From Candidatus Entotheonellaceae bacterium (GTDB lineage Bacteria > Tectomicrobia > Entotheonellia > Entotheonellales > Entotheonellaceae): 64,000 nucleotides of DNA. The position numbers and the translations under genes are program-made. Below, piece after piece: positions 43,072 to 52,447 of the stretch. The stretch's first letter is position 1. Each line of letters begins with the position of its first letter. Under the pieces are notes generated by a model. The model saw only the letters and a program-made list of their open reading frames with translations, had not been told where the DNA came from and made no database searches. Where the stretch lies: NCBI GenBank assembly GCA_965238075.1, contig OZ250173.1:1728001-1792000 (forward strand). The letters run 5' to 3'.

Positions 43072-44589
43072 ATGCAAAAGCTGCTGATTGCCAATCGAGG
43101 CGAGATCGCGGTCCGCATCATGCGCGCGGCGCACGAACTCGGCCTGCGCACCGTGGCGGTCTACTCGACGGCGGACCGCGAGGCGCCGCATACCCAGCTG
43201 GCGGACGAGGCGTTTCACCTCGGCCCGTCGGAGCCGGCGCAGAGCTACCTGGATGCTTCTCGATTGCTCGAAGCAGCGCGGGCTTGCGGCGCCGATGCGC
43301 TGCATCCGGGATACGGCTTCTTGTCCGAGAATGCGGCATTTGCCGAGGCGTGCGAGCAAGCTGGTCTGATTTTCGTTGGGCCCAGAGCCGCGGCCATCCG
43401 CGGCATGGGCTCGAAAATCGTTTCCAAACAGATCGCCGAGCGCGCCGGGGTGCCGATCATTCCCAGTTTCCAGGCACCCGACGCGGCCACACTTGCACTC
43501 GAAGCGCCGCAAGCGGCGGAACGGCTCGGTTATCCGGTGTTGGTAAAGGCGGCGGCAGGCGGCGGCGGCAAGGGCATGCGCATCGTCGAGCACGCCGCGG
43601 AGTTGCCAGCGGCACTCGAGGCCGGGGCGCGCGAGGCGCAACAGGCGTTTGGCGACGCCACGCTGCTGCTCGAAACGTACATCGACCGCCCGCGGCACGT
43701 GGAGGTGCAGGTGCTCGGCGACCACTTCGGCAACCGGGTCCATCTGTTCGAGCGCGAGTGCTCGATCCAGCGGCGGCACCAGAAAATCGTCGAAGAGACG
43801 CCCTCACCGGCAGTGGACGCCGATTTGCGACAGCGCATGACGGACGCCGCGCTGCGTCTCGCCGACGCCGTGGATTACACCAGCGTCGGCACGGTCGAGT
43901 TCCTGCTGTCGCCGGACGGCTCCTTCTATTTCCTCGAAATGAACACCCGGCTGCAGGTCGAGCACGCCATCACCGAGCAGATCAGCGGCATCGACCTCGT
44001 GCACCAGCAGTTGCGCATCGCCGTCGGCGAACCCCTGGCATTTACCCAAGCACAATTGACGCAGCGCGGCCACGCCATCGAGTGCCGACTGTACGCCGAG
44101 AACCCCGCCAACGGCTTCCTGCCCGCCACCGGCCGCGTCCGCGTCCTGCGCGAGCCGCACGGGCCGGGATGCCGCATCGACAGCGGCCTGTCGCTGCAGC
44201 AGGAAATCACCCCGTACTACGATCCCATTCTGGCGAAGCTCATCACCCACGGCGCGACGCGAGAGGAGGCGCGGCTGCGCATGCGCGCCCTGCTGCGCGA
44301 TTATGTGATCCTCGGCCTGACGACCAACCGCGAGTTTCTGCTCGACGTAATCGAGTCAGAGGCGTTCGCCGCCGGGGATACCAGCACGGCGTTCATTGAA
44401 GATCATTTTGCCAACTGGCAACCCGCCGCGTCCGTGCCGGCGGACGTTCTGGCATTGGCCGCGCTCGGTGACCTATTACAGCGCGAAAGCGGGGCGGCCA
44501 TGCCCATTGCCGGATTCGCGGACGCCGACCAAGTCGCCTCCAACCCGTGGACGCGCCACGATGGCTGGCGAGTGGGAGCCCTGCGGTGA
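43072..44589 (+). CDS. Biotin carboxylase subunit without biotinyl domain
   Basis: LIANRGEIA, HPGYGFLSEN, GGGGKGMR, RECSIQRRHQK, EMNTRLQVEH. Confidence 0.94.
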   Translation: MQKLLIANRGEIAVRIMRAAHELGLRTVAVYSTADREAPHTQLADEAFHLGPSEPAQSYLDASRLLEAARACGADALHPGYGFLSENAAFAEACEQAGLIFVGPRAAAIRGMGSKIVSKQIAERAGVPIIPSFQAPDAATLALEAPQAAERLGYPVLVKAAAGGGGKGMRIVEHAAELPAALEAGAREAQQAFGDATLLLETYIDRPRHVEVQVLGDHFGNRVHLFERECSIQRRHQKIVEETPSPAVDADLRQRMTDAALRLADAVDYTSVGTVEFLLSPDGSFYFLEMNTRLQVEHAITEQISGIDLVHQQLRIAVGEPLAFTQAQLTQRGHAIECRLYAENPANGFLPATGRVRVLREPHGPGCRIDSGLSLQQEITPYYDPILAKLITHGATREEARLRMRALLRDYVILGLTTNREFLLDVIESEAFAAGDTSTAFIEDHFANWQPAASVPADVLALAALGDLLQRESGAAMPIAGFADADQVASNPWTRHDGWRVGALR

Positions 44590-45053
44590 GGTATACCTAC
44601 CGCATCCCCGGCGAGGACGAGGCCGTTGAGGTCGATGTCACGCCGCTGGACGACCCCGAGGCCGGCTACCGAGTCACGGTGCGGGATCGCGTTTTCGACC
44701 TGCCGGCCAGAGGCCTGCGCCGCGCCGCGTTTCTCAGGCAGGCCGACGAAATCACCGTTCAGGTCGACGGGCGCGAGTATCGCCTGTACGACGGCAGGCA
44801 GCGCCGGCGCACGTCCACGAGTGCGCCGGGCGACCTGCACGCCCCCATGGCCGGGCGCATTATCCGTGTGCTGGCCAAGGCGGGCGACAGCGTGCAGGCC
44901 GGGGACACCCTGCTCATTCTGGAGGCGATGAAGATGGAGCAGCAGATCACCGCGCCTCACGACGGCACGGTGGTCAGCCTGCTATGTGAGGAAGGCGACC
45001 AGGTAGCCGCAGGCCAGGAGCTTGTGGTGTTGCAAGAAACCGGCAAAACATGA
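44586..45053 (+). CDS. Biotin carboxyl carrier protein with N-terminal extension
   Basis: APMAG...LEAMKME; GTGA overlap with upstream stop, GGGAG SD. Confidence 0.9.
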   Translation: MRYTYRIPGEDEAVEVDVTPLDDPEAGYRVTVRDRVFDLPARGLRRAAFLRQADEITVQVDGREYRLYDGRQRRRTSTSAPGDLHAPMAGRIIRVLAKAGDSVQAGDTLLILEAMKMEQQITAPHDGTVVSLLCEEGDQVAAGQELVVLQETGKT

Positions 45054-45085
45054 ACCCCTGATCAACGGAGTCAAGGAGATCAATC

Positions 45086-45880
45086 ATGCCCAAGGCACAC
45101 GTGAACGGCATCGACATGTACTACGAATACCAGGGCAGCGGCCTGCCGGTGCTCTTTTCCCACAGCTTCACCAGCGATTGCACCATGTGGAGCCTGCAGG
45201 CGCCGGTGTTCAGCAAGCGCTACCAGTTCATCACCTACGACATCCGGGGCATGGGCCGCACCGACAGCCCGGCGGGTCCGTATTCGCTGGATCAGCACAC
45301 TGAGGACCTGTATCAATTGGTGCGGTATCTGGGGCTCAGCGAGTTCGTGCTCGGCGGGCTGTCCATTGGCGGCATGATTACCGTGCACTTCGCCCTGGCA
45401 CATCAGGAATTGCTGAAGGGCGCCATCATCGCGGACAGCGCAGCGGCGCGCCCGGACACGCCGCTGCTCACCAATCCCGACGACATGATCGACCTGGCGC
45501 AACGCGTCGGCATGGCCGGGCTGGCGGATCACATGATCGACAACAAGCTGCTGGCGCCGCACCTGCAGGATAACCCCTACGCCATCAAGGAATACCGCGA
45601 CCGCATGGCGCAGAACAACGTCATCGGCTACTGTGGCGGCCTGCGGGCGTTGTCGCGCATGCGAGACCGCACCGGTGAACTCGGTCAGATCACGGTGCCG
45701 ACGCTGATCATCGTCGGCGACATGGACGAGCCGTTCGTCGAGCCGTCGAAGCTGATGCACAGCCGCATCGCCGGGTCGCGGCTGGTCATCATTCCCGGCG
45801 CCGGCCACTTGGCGAACATCGAACAGCCGGCCGCCTTCACCGATGCAGTCATGTCGTTTCTGGACGGCCTGCCGGCTTGA
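45086..45880 (+). CDS. Alpha/beta hydrolase (enol-lactonase-like)
   Basis: YDIRGMG, GLSIGG nucleophile elbow, VGDMD, AGHLANIE. Confidence 0.9.
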   Translation: MPKAHVNGIDMYYEYQGSGLPVLFSHSFTSDCTMWSLQAPVFSKRYQFITYDIRGMGRTDSPAGPYSLDQHTEDLYQLVRYLGLSEFVLGGLSIGGMITVHFALAHQELLKGAIIADSAAARPDTPLLTNPDDMIDLAQRVGMAGLADHMIDNKLLAPHLQDNPYAIKEYRDRMAQNNVIGYCGGLRALSRMRDRTGELGQITVPTLIIVGDMDEPFVEPSKLMHSRIAGSRLVIIPGAGHLANIEQPAAFTDAVMSFLDGLPA

Positions 45881-45940
45881 CCCCCCAACCGGTTTTCGTG
45901 GAGCATGCTGCAACCCGAAACCCGAAGGAGGAAGCGCATC

Positions 45941-46270
45941 ATGGCTGATGAATTTGTTCGCAAGGAGCACTTCGACGAGCACGTCCTGCGGATGGACGAA
46001 CGTTTTCTCAGCCTCGAAAAGCGCATGGAACAGGGATTTGCCCACGCCGAAAAGGCGCGGGAGCAGAACTTTGTTCACGTCCACCAGCGCTTCGATGATT
46101 TGAATCGGCGCTTCGACGACCTGGAAAAGCGCATGGCGGAGGGGTTTTCCGAGCTCCGCGCGGACATGCGCCAGATACGCAATTGGCTGGTGTGGCTTTT
46201 TGGTCTGGTGGTCTTTGGCTTTATCGGTTCAATCGTGCTGATCTTGTTCAGGGATCTGATTCTCAAGTAG
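45941..46270 (+). CDS. Small coiled-coil protein with C-terminal TM anchor
   Basis: AAGGAGG SD; RFDDLN/RFDDLE repeats; hydrophobic C-terminus. Confidence 0.75.
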   Translation: MADEFVRKEHFDEHVLRMDERFLSLEKRMEQGFAHAEKAREQNFVHVHQRFDDLNRRFDDLEKRMAEGFSELRADMRQIRNWLVWLFGLVVFGFIGSIVLILFRDLILK

Positions 46271-46304
46271 CTCGTCACGGCTGACTCGTAACTAAGGAAT
46301 TCTC

Positions 46305-47369
46305 ATGTTAGAGGTCCTCAGGCCGCCCGCGGCGCTGTTCGATTCGCCCTTCATGCGGGCCTGCCGGCGCGAGCCGACCCCGTACACGCCGGTATGGCTG
46401 ATGCGCCAAGCCGGGCGGTACATGGAATCGTACCGGCAGATACGCGCGCGGGTGTCGTTCCTGGAACTGTGCAAAACGCCGGATCTGGCGGCCGAGGTGA
46501 CGGTGGACGCCGTCGAGCGCCTGGGCGTCGACGCGGCGATTATCTTTGCCGATATCCTGCTGATTCTCGAACCAATGGGCATGCAGCTCGAATTCAGCCC
46601 CGGCGATGGGCCGGTACTGCACAACCCCCTGCGAACCGCGGCTGACGTCGAACGGCTGCGGGAGGTAGACGCCGCCGAATCGCTGTCCTTCGTGATGCAG
46701 GCGGTCCGTGCCGCACGCACCGCGCTGACACCGAACGTGCCGCTGATCGGTTTCGCCGGAGCGCCCTTTACGCTGGCCTCCTACATGATCGAGGGCGGCT
46801 CGTCGCGTCAATACACGCGCACCAAGCAATTCATGTACACGCAGCCGCAAGCGTGGCACGCCCTCATGGCGCTGCTGAGCCGCAACGTGGGGCGTTATCT
46901 CAACGCCCAGGCAGCAGCCGGTGCGCAGGTTGTGCAGCTGTTCGACAGCTGGGTCGGCAACCTGTCGCCGGCAGACTACCGCGCCTTCGTGTTGCCGCAT
47001 TCGCGCGAGGTAATCGCCGCCGTCACCCCCGGCGTGCCGGTGCTTCACTTCGGCACCGGCACAAACGCGCTGCTGGAGTTGATGCGCGAGGCCGGTGGCG
47101 ATGTAATCGGGGTCGATTTCCGGGTCGAACTGGATGACGCCTGGCGGCGGTTGGGGGACGTCGGCATTCAGGGCAACCTCGACCCCGCCGTGCTGATGGC
47201 GGGGCGCCCGTACATCCGCCAGCGGGTGTTGGGGATACTGCGGCAGGCGGGAAGACGCGCCGGCCACATCTTCAACCTGGGGCACGGCATCCTGCCGACA
47301 ACGCCGGTAGACAACGTTCGCACCCTAGTCGATGACGTCCACGAGTTGAGCACACGGGGGCCGTCATGA
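46305..47369 (+). CDS. hemE: Uroporphyrinogen decarboxylase
   Basis: PVWLMRQAGRY, AAIIFADIL, GFAGAPFTLASY, QGNLDP, IFNLGHG. Confidence 0.97.
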   Translation: MLEVLRPPAALFDSPFMRACRREPTPYTPVWLMRQAGRYMESYRQIRARVSFLELCKTPDLAAEVTVDAVERLGVDAAIIFADILLILEPMGMQLEFSPGDGPVLHNPLRTAADVERLREVDAAESLSFVMQAVRAARTALTPNVPLIGFAGAPFTLASYMIEGGSSRQYTRTKQFMYTQPQAWHALMALLSRNVGRYLNAQAAAGAQVVQLFDSWVGNLSPADYRAFVLPHSREVIAAVTPGVPVLHFGTGTNALLELMREAGGDVIGVDFRVELDDAWRRLGDVGIQGNLDPAVLMAGRPYIRQRVLGILRQAGRRAGHIFNLGHGILPTTPVDNVRTLVDDVHELSTRGPS

Positions 47370-48330
47370 CGGACTCAGCCATCGACGGCGTGCTGCTGAT
47401 CGGATTTGGCGGCCCGACACCCGGCTGCTGCCAGCGCTACGAGCCGTGCCCCGGACGCGAGGCGGCCTGTTTTGTGCGCGCAGTTGTCGGCGAGCGACCG
47501 GGCGCGCAGGCGAGAATTGACGAGGTGGCGGCGCACTACGACGTGTTCGGGGGCTATTCGCCGTTCAACGCCCTGACGTTGCAACAGGCCGAAAGCGTGT
47601 CTGCCGCTCTGCGGGCACAGGGCCATACGGTGCCGGCACACGTCGGCATGCGCTTCTGGCCGCCATACGTCGACACGGTGCTGGCTGAGATGGCCGAACT
47701 GGGCTGCCGTCACTTGCTGGGGGTCATTCTTCGCCCTTCCAGTGCGCCGCCAGTTGGGAGCACTACCAGCAATCGGTGGCGGATGGGGTCGCGGCCCTCG
47801 GCGAGCGCGGCCCGCAGATGACGTATCTTGCGCCCTGGCAAACCCAGGCGGGCTTTGTCGAGGCCATTGCCGACGGCATCGAGCAGGCCGTCGCGCCGCT
47901 CGGCGGGGCGCTCGGAAGCGAGGCGGCGCTCATCTACACGGCGCACGCCATCCCCGAGCCGATGGCGGACCGGGCGCCGTACACGCGCCAGTTCCGTGAA
48001 GCGGCGGACGCGGTGACGAAACGCCTGGGCCGTCGGGAGCACCGGATCGCCTACCAGAGCCAGGTGACGGGCACGCCGATCCCGTGGCTGCAACCGGACG
48101 TCAATAACGTCATCCATCAGGTGCAAAAGGATGGTTTTCGTGACGCGATCGTCGCGCCCGTCGGCTTCCTGTGCGACCACATGGAGGTGCTGTACGACCT
48201 CGACGTGCAGGCGAAGGAGACCGCCGAGGCGTGCGGGCTGGGTTATGTGCGCTCCGGAACCGTAGGCAACCACCCGGCGTTCGTGGCGATGCTCAGCGAT
48301 CTGATCGGCGCACATCTGTCGTCGGTGTGA
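47366..48330 (+). pseudogene. hemH: Ferrochelatase with a single 1-nt frameshift near 47730 (true lesion or sequence error)
   Basis: 5' frame VLLIGFGGP, HY..FGGYSP, GMRFWPPY; 3' frame SPFQCAASWEHY, TAHAIP, YQS, PWLQPD, GFLCDHMEVLYDLD. Confidence 0.85.
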
Positions 48331-48339
48331 GGTGGGAGT

Positions 48340-49821
48340 ATGGAACAGGCGATGAACCGCAAGCGGGCGGTGGTCATCGGCGGCGGCATCACGGGTCTGA
48401 CCGCCTGTTATCGTCTCACGCAACAGGCGCAGGCCGGCGATCTGCCGCTTGACGTCGTATTGCTGGAGGCCAGTGACCGGCTCGGCGGCGTCATCGCCAC
48501 CCGTCATGAAGACGGCCTGCTGCTGGAAGAGGGGCCGGACTGCTTTCTCACCACCAAGCCCTGGGGCATCGAGTTGTGCGACGAACTCGGTCTGAACGCC
48601 GAACTCATCGGCACCACCACCGAACATCGCCAGAGCTTTGTCGTGCGGCGCGGCAAACTCGTGCCGGTGCCGCAGGGATTCTACCTGATGGCGCCGGGCT
48701 CCCTGTGGCCGTTCGTCACCACCCCCGCCTTCAGTTGGCCCGGCAAGCTGCGCATGGCCATGGACCTCATGCTGCCGCGCCGCGGCGCCTCGGAAGACGA
48801 CGAATCCCTCGCCGACTTCGTAACCCGCCGCCTGGGCCGGGAGGCCCTGGATCGCATGGCCCAGCCCATGGTCGGCGGCATTTACACCACTGATCCGCGC
48901 CACCTCAGCATGCAGGCCACGATGCCGCAATTCCTGGACATGGAGCAGCGCCACCGTAGCTTGATCCTCGCGCTGCGACACCGTCAGGCCAGCGCGCAAC
49001 AGTCGGGGGTCAGCGGCGCCCGCTACGGCCTGTTCGCGTCGTTCCGGCACGGCATGCAAACGCTGGTGGACGCCCTCGCCGATCGCCTGCCGGCCGGCAC
49101 CGTGCACTTACAAACCTCCGTCCGTAGCATCCGACACAATCCCGAAAGCCAACGCTGGACCGTTTCCCCGCAAGACGGCCCCGACCTCGAAGCCGACGCC
49201 CTCTGCCTGGCACTCACGGCGCCTCAGGCCGCTCACCTGTTGGCGGATGTTGATCCCGAATTGGCCGCCGGACTGCACGACATCCCCTACGCGTCGTCAG
49301 CCGTTGTCGCGCTGGCATGTAATCGCGCCGACATCGCCCACCCCCTGAACGGCATGGGATTCGTCGTACCGGCGGTCGAGCGTCGCAACCTGATCGCCTG
49401 CTCGTTCAGCAGCATCAAGTTCGCTGGCCGAGCGCCGGACGGCAAGGTGCTCCTGCGCGCCTTTGTCGGCGGCGCCTTACAACAGGAACAAGCCCTTTGG
49501 CCCGACGCAAAGCTCCAAAATGCCGTGTATCAGGACCTGCGACAATTGCTGGGTCTCACCGGCAAGCCGGCGTTTTGCCACGTGAGCCGCCATTCGAGCG
49601 CTATGCCGCAGTACCACGTCGGACATCTTGAACGCATCAAGCACGTCGAAGCAGCAGCCCAACGCTGGCCCGGCCTGGCTCTGGCCGGCAACGCCTACCA
49701 CGGCGTCGGCGTGCCCGACTGCATCCGCAGCGGCGACGAGGCGGCACATGGTATATTGTCAAACCTGTTTTACGAGGTCGCGGGTGACAATTGTCTTCAA
49801 AGGAGGGCGGTCCCTTGTTGA
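48340..49821 (+). CDS. hemY: HemY-type coproporphyrinogen/protoporphyrinogen oxidase
   Basis: IGGGITGL FAD motif, EEGPDCF, DESLADFV.RRLG, MPQYHVGH, GVGVPDCI. Confidence 0.94.
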   Translation: MEQAMNRKRAVVIGGGITGLTACYRLTQQAQAGDLPLDVVLLEASDRLGGVIATRHEDGLLLEEGPDCFLTTKPWGIELCDELGLNAELIGTTTEHRQSFVVRRGKLVPVPQGFYLMAPGSLWPFVTTPAFSWPGKLRMAMDLMLPRRGASEDDESLADFVTRRLGREALDRMAQPMVGGIYTTDPRHLSMQATMPQFLDMEQRHRSLILALRHRQASAQQSGVSGARYGLFASFRHGMQTLVDALADRLPAGTVHLQTSVRSIRHNPESQRWTVSPQDGPDLEADALCLALTAPQAAHLLADVDPELAAGLHDIPYASSAVVALACNRADIAHPLNGMGFVVPAVERRNLIACSFSSIKFAGRAPDGKVLLRAFVGGALQQEQALWPDAKLQNAVYQDLRQLLGLTGKPAFCHVSRHSSAMPQYHVGHLERIKHVEAAAQRWPGLALAGNAYHGVGVPDCIRSGDEAAHGILSNLFYEVAGDNCLQRRAVPC

Positions 49822-50699
49822 GAATCCACAGAATGCTCTGCGGGTTATTGGCGTCACTGACCGCGCTGCTGGCATTGGCTGGTTGCGGGGGTACAGGAAC
49901 CGGACTTCACAACAGCGCCAAGGTTTTCACGCCCGTATCAGAGATGAACAGGTCGGACTGGGGTGATCCGGCAGAACTCGAGAGAACCTGGCAAGCCGCT
50001 CGGGTCAGGATACCTAAACCGGGCGGCGGCTACATCAGAACCACGGTGAAAGAACTGAACAGCGTCTCTTATGCCATCGCCGGTGCGTGGCCGACGGTAA
50101 TTTACCTGCATGGCTGTACGGGCGTGTGGAGCGGCACCTACGCCAGAATCGATTTTCTCGCCAGAAACGGCTATGCCGTCATCGCTCCCGTCAGTTTCGC
50201 GCGGGAAAAATATCCCAAATCGTGTAACCCCGAGAGACACCAGGCTGGATTTTATCGGTCCACCTTGCTGATGCGGCAGAATGACGCCGGATATGCCATT
50301 GCCAAAGCCAAGGCATTTCCGTGGGTAGACGACGACAACGTCTTCCTCATGGGACTCAGCCAAGGCGGTCTAACCACGGCGACGTTCTTCTCGACAAGTC
50401 CGGCAAAGGCGGTTCGAGCACGTATCGTGGAAGGCTGGACCTGTCGCGCCGGTTGGGTTGAATACAAGGGCATAAACGCACCCGACAGCGAGCCGGTTCT
50501 GACGCTCGTTGGAAGTAAGGATCCCTGGTACCAGAACGTCTGGACAAAGGGCGATTGCACAGAATCCATCAATCCGTCGAATGGTAGCAGGTCGGTGGTC
50601 TATTCCACCGGGTATCTCAGTACCCGGCATGCACTTCTGGAGTACAAAGAAGTCCGGGAAACCGTTCTCGAGTTCTTAGAGCAACATCGGAACCACTGA
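49815..50699 (+). CDS. Predicted lipoprotein, dienelactone-hydrolase-like
   Basis: Lipobox LAGC; YLHGCTG, GLSQGG, DPW, late His; AGGAGG SD before TTG. Confidence 0.75.
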   Translation: MLRIHRMLCGLLASLTALLALAGCGGTGTGLHNSAKVFTPVSEMNRSDWGDPAELERTWQAARVRIPKPGGGYIRTTVKELNSVSYAIAGAWPTVIYLHGCTGVWSGTYARIDFLARNGYAVIAPVSFAREKYPKSCNPERHQAGFYRSTLLMRQNDAGYAIAKAKAFPWVDDDNVFLMGLSQGGLTTATFFSTSPAKAVRARIVEGWTCRAGWVEYKGINAPDSEPVLTLVGSKDPWYQNVWTKGDCTESINPSNGSRSVVYSTGYLSTRHALLEYKEVRETVLEFLEQHRNH

Positions 50700-50848
50700 A
50701 TTCAGCCCTCGCCCTGACGGGTATACCTCAGTGCCAATCCTGAATTGACTTTCGCCCCCTGGCGCCCTACGCTCGCCTCGCCAGCAATGCTTGGCAATAA
50801 CCTCCATATTCCTGGCATGACCAACCGACGATGACGTGGGAGAACGCG

Positions 50849-52270
50849 ATGGACGCAACGGAGCTTTGTTTTACGCCGGCCACCGAGCTGGCGGCGGCGA
50901 TTCGGCAACGGCAGCTTTCGCCGGTGGAAATCATGGACGCGGTGCTGGCACGCATCGAGGCGGTGAATCCCCACATCAACGCCTACCTGGCGGTAGACGG
51001 GGAGCGGGCGTGCGACGCGGCGAAGGCGGCGGCGGCCGGCGTCATGCGAGGCGAGGCGGCAGGCTCTTTGTACGGCCTGCCCGTGTCCATCAAGGACCTG
51101 GAGCTGGTCGCCGGCCTGCGCTGCACGTTCGGCTCCAAGTTCTTCGCTGACAACATCGCGGACAGCGACGGCCTGGTAACCGAGCGCGCCAAGGCTGCCG
51201 GCGGCATCGTGATCGGCAAGACGAACACGTCGCACTACGGGCACAAGGACATGTGCGACAACCTGCTGGGTCCGCCATGCCGCAACCCGTGGAAGCTGGA
51301 CCGCACCTCGGGCGCCTCAAGCGGCGGCGCCGCGGCGGCAGTGGCGGCGGGACTGGGACCTCTGGCGCACGGCTCAGACGGCGCCGGCTCCATCCGCATT
51401 CCCGCCGCGTTGTGCGGCGTTTTTGGCCACAAGCCGTCCTTCGGTCGGGTGCCCTACTGGCCCAATCCCGACATCTGGGCGGCCCGCTCGCACAACGGTC
51501 CGATCACCCGCACGGTCGCCGACGCGGCCCTCTTTCTCGGCGCTCTCGCCGGCCCCGACCCGCGCGACCCCACCACCATCGACAACCCGCCCGAGGATTA
51601 CGCCGCCGCGGTGGCGCAGCCGCTCGAAGCCCTGCGCGGACTGCGCGTCGCCTGGAGCGTTGATCTGGGCTACGCCGCGGTTGACCCGGAAGTGCGGCGC
51701 CTGACCACGGCGGCGGCTGAGCGTTTCAGCGACTTCGGCTGCGAGGTTGAGGCCGTCAATCCCGGCTGGGACGACCAGCGTGAGGCTGCGGCCATGGCGT
51801 GGAATGTTTCCTACGCGTCGCGCAACGCCGAGCGCTACGCCCAGCGGCCCGAGTGGTTCGAGCCCAGCCTGGTGGAGATGATCGAGGCCGGGCAGCGGGT
51901 TTCCGCTGTAGAACTCGGCTTGGCGCAGTTGGCACGCACCGAGTACTACCACCAGGTGCGGCGCCTGTTCGATACCTACGACCTGCTGCTCACCCCGCAG
52001 ATGCCGTTGGCGGCGTGGTCGGTCGAGCACGGTCCCAGCCACATCGACGACACCCCGACGCCGTCGATGTTCGACCGGCTGCCGTTCACCTTTCCGTTCA
52101 ACCTGACGGGACAGCCCGCCGCCAGCGTGCCGTGCGGATTCACCTCCGAGGGGTTGCCGGCGGCGCTGCAAATCGTCGGCCGCTGGCACGCCGATACGCT
52201 GGTCCTGCAGGCTGCGGCGGCGTGCGAGCAGGCGGCACCGTGGGCGCATCTGAGACCGCCCGAACTCTAA
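50849..52270 (+). CDS. Amidase signature family protein
   Basis: PVSIKD, GKTN, GASSGG, GSDGAGSIRIPA. Confidence 0.93.
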   Translation: MDATELCFTPATELAAAIRQRQLSPVEIMDAVLARIEAVNPHINAYLAVDGERACDAAKAAAAGVMRGEAAGSLYGLPVSIKDLELVAGLRCTFGSKFFADNIADSDGLVTERAKAAGGIVIGKTNTSHYGHKDMCDNLLGPPCRNPWKLDRTSGASSGGAAAAVAAGLGPLAHGSDGAGSIRIPAALCGVFGHKPSFGRVPYWPNPDIWAARSHNGPITRTVADAALFLGALAGPDPRDPTTIDNPPEDYAAAVAQPLEALRGLRVAWSVDLGYAAVDPEVRRLTTAAAERFSDFGCEVEAVNPGWDDQREAAAMAWNVSYASRNAERYAQRPEWFEPSLVEMIEAGQRVSAVELGLAQLARTEYYHQVRRLFDTYDLLLTPQMPLAAWSVEHGPSHIDDTPTPSMFDRLPFTFPFNLTGQPAASVPCGFTSEGLPAALQIVGRWHADTLVLQAAAACEQAAPWAHLRPPEL

Positions 52271-52447
52271 CGCCGGGCATGCGTCGCAGCCCCTGCCGAA
52301 GCGGCACATTCAGGGCTTGCAACCGCCAATCGGTTCATGCTATTGATAGCGAATTCACCTGCAAATGGATTCGGTTAACGCAACCGTGAGGATTGGTGCG
52401 CAGCCATAGGATTGGCCCGCCACCCAAAGGCATGGGAGAGGTACACA

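Noticed and set aside
50849-52270. Calling the amidase gatA
   Set aside because: No gatB or gatC neighbours and no GatA-specific features; only generic amidase-signature motifs.
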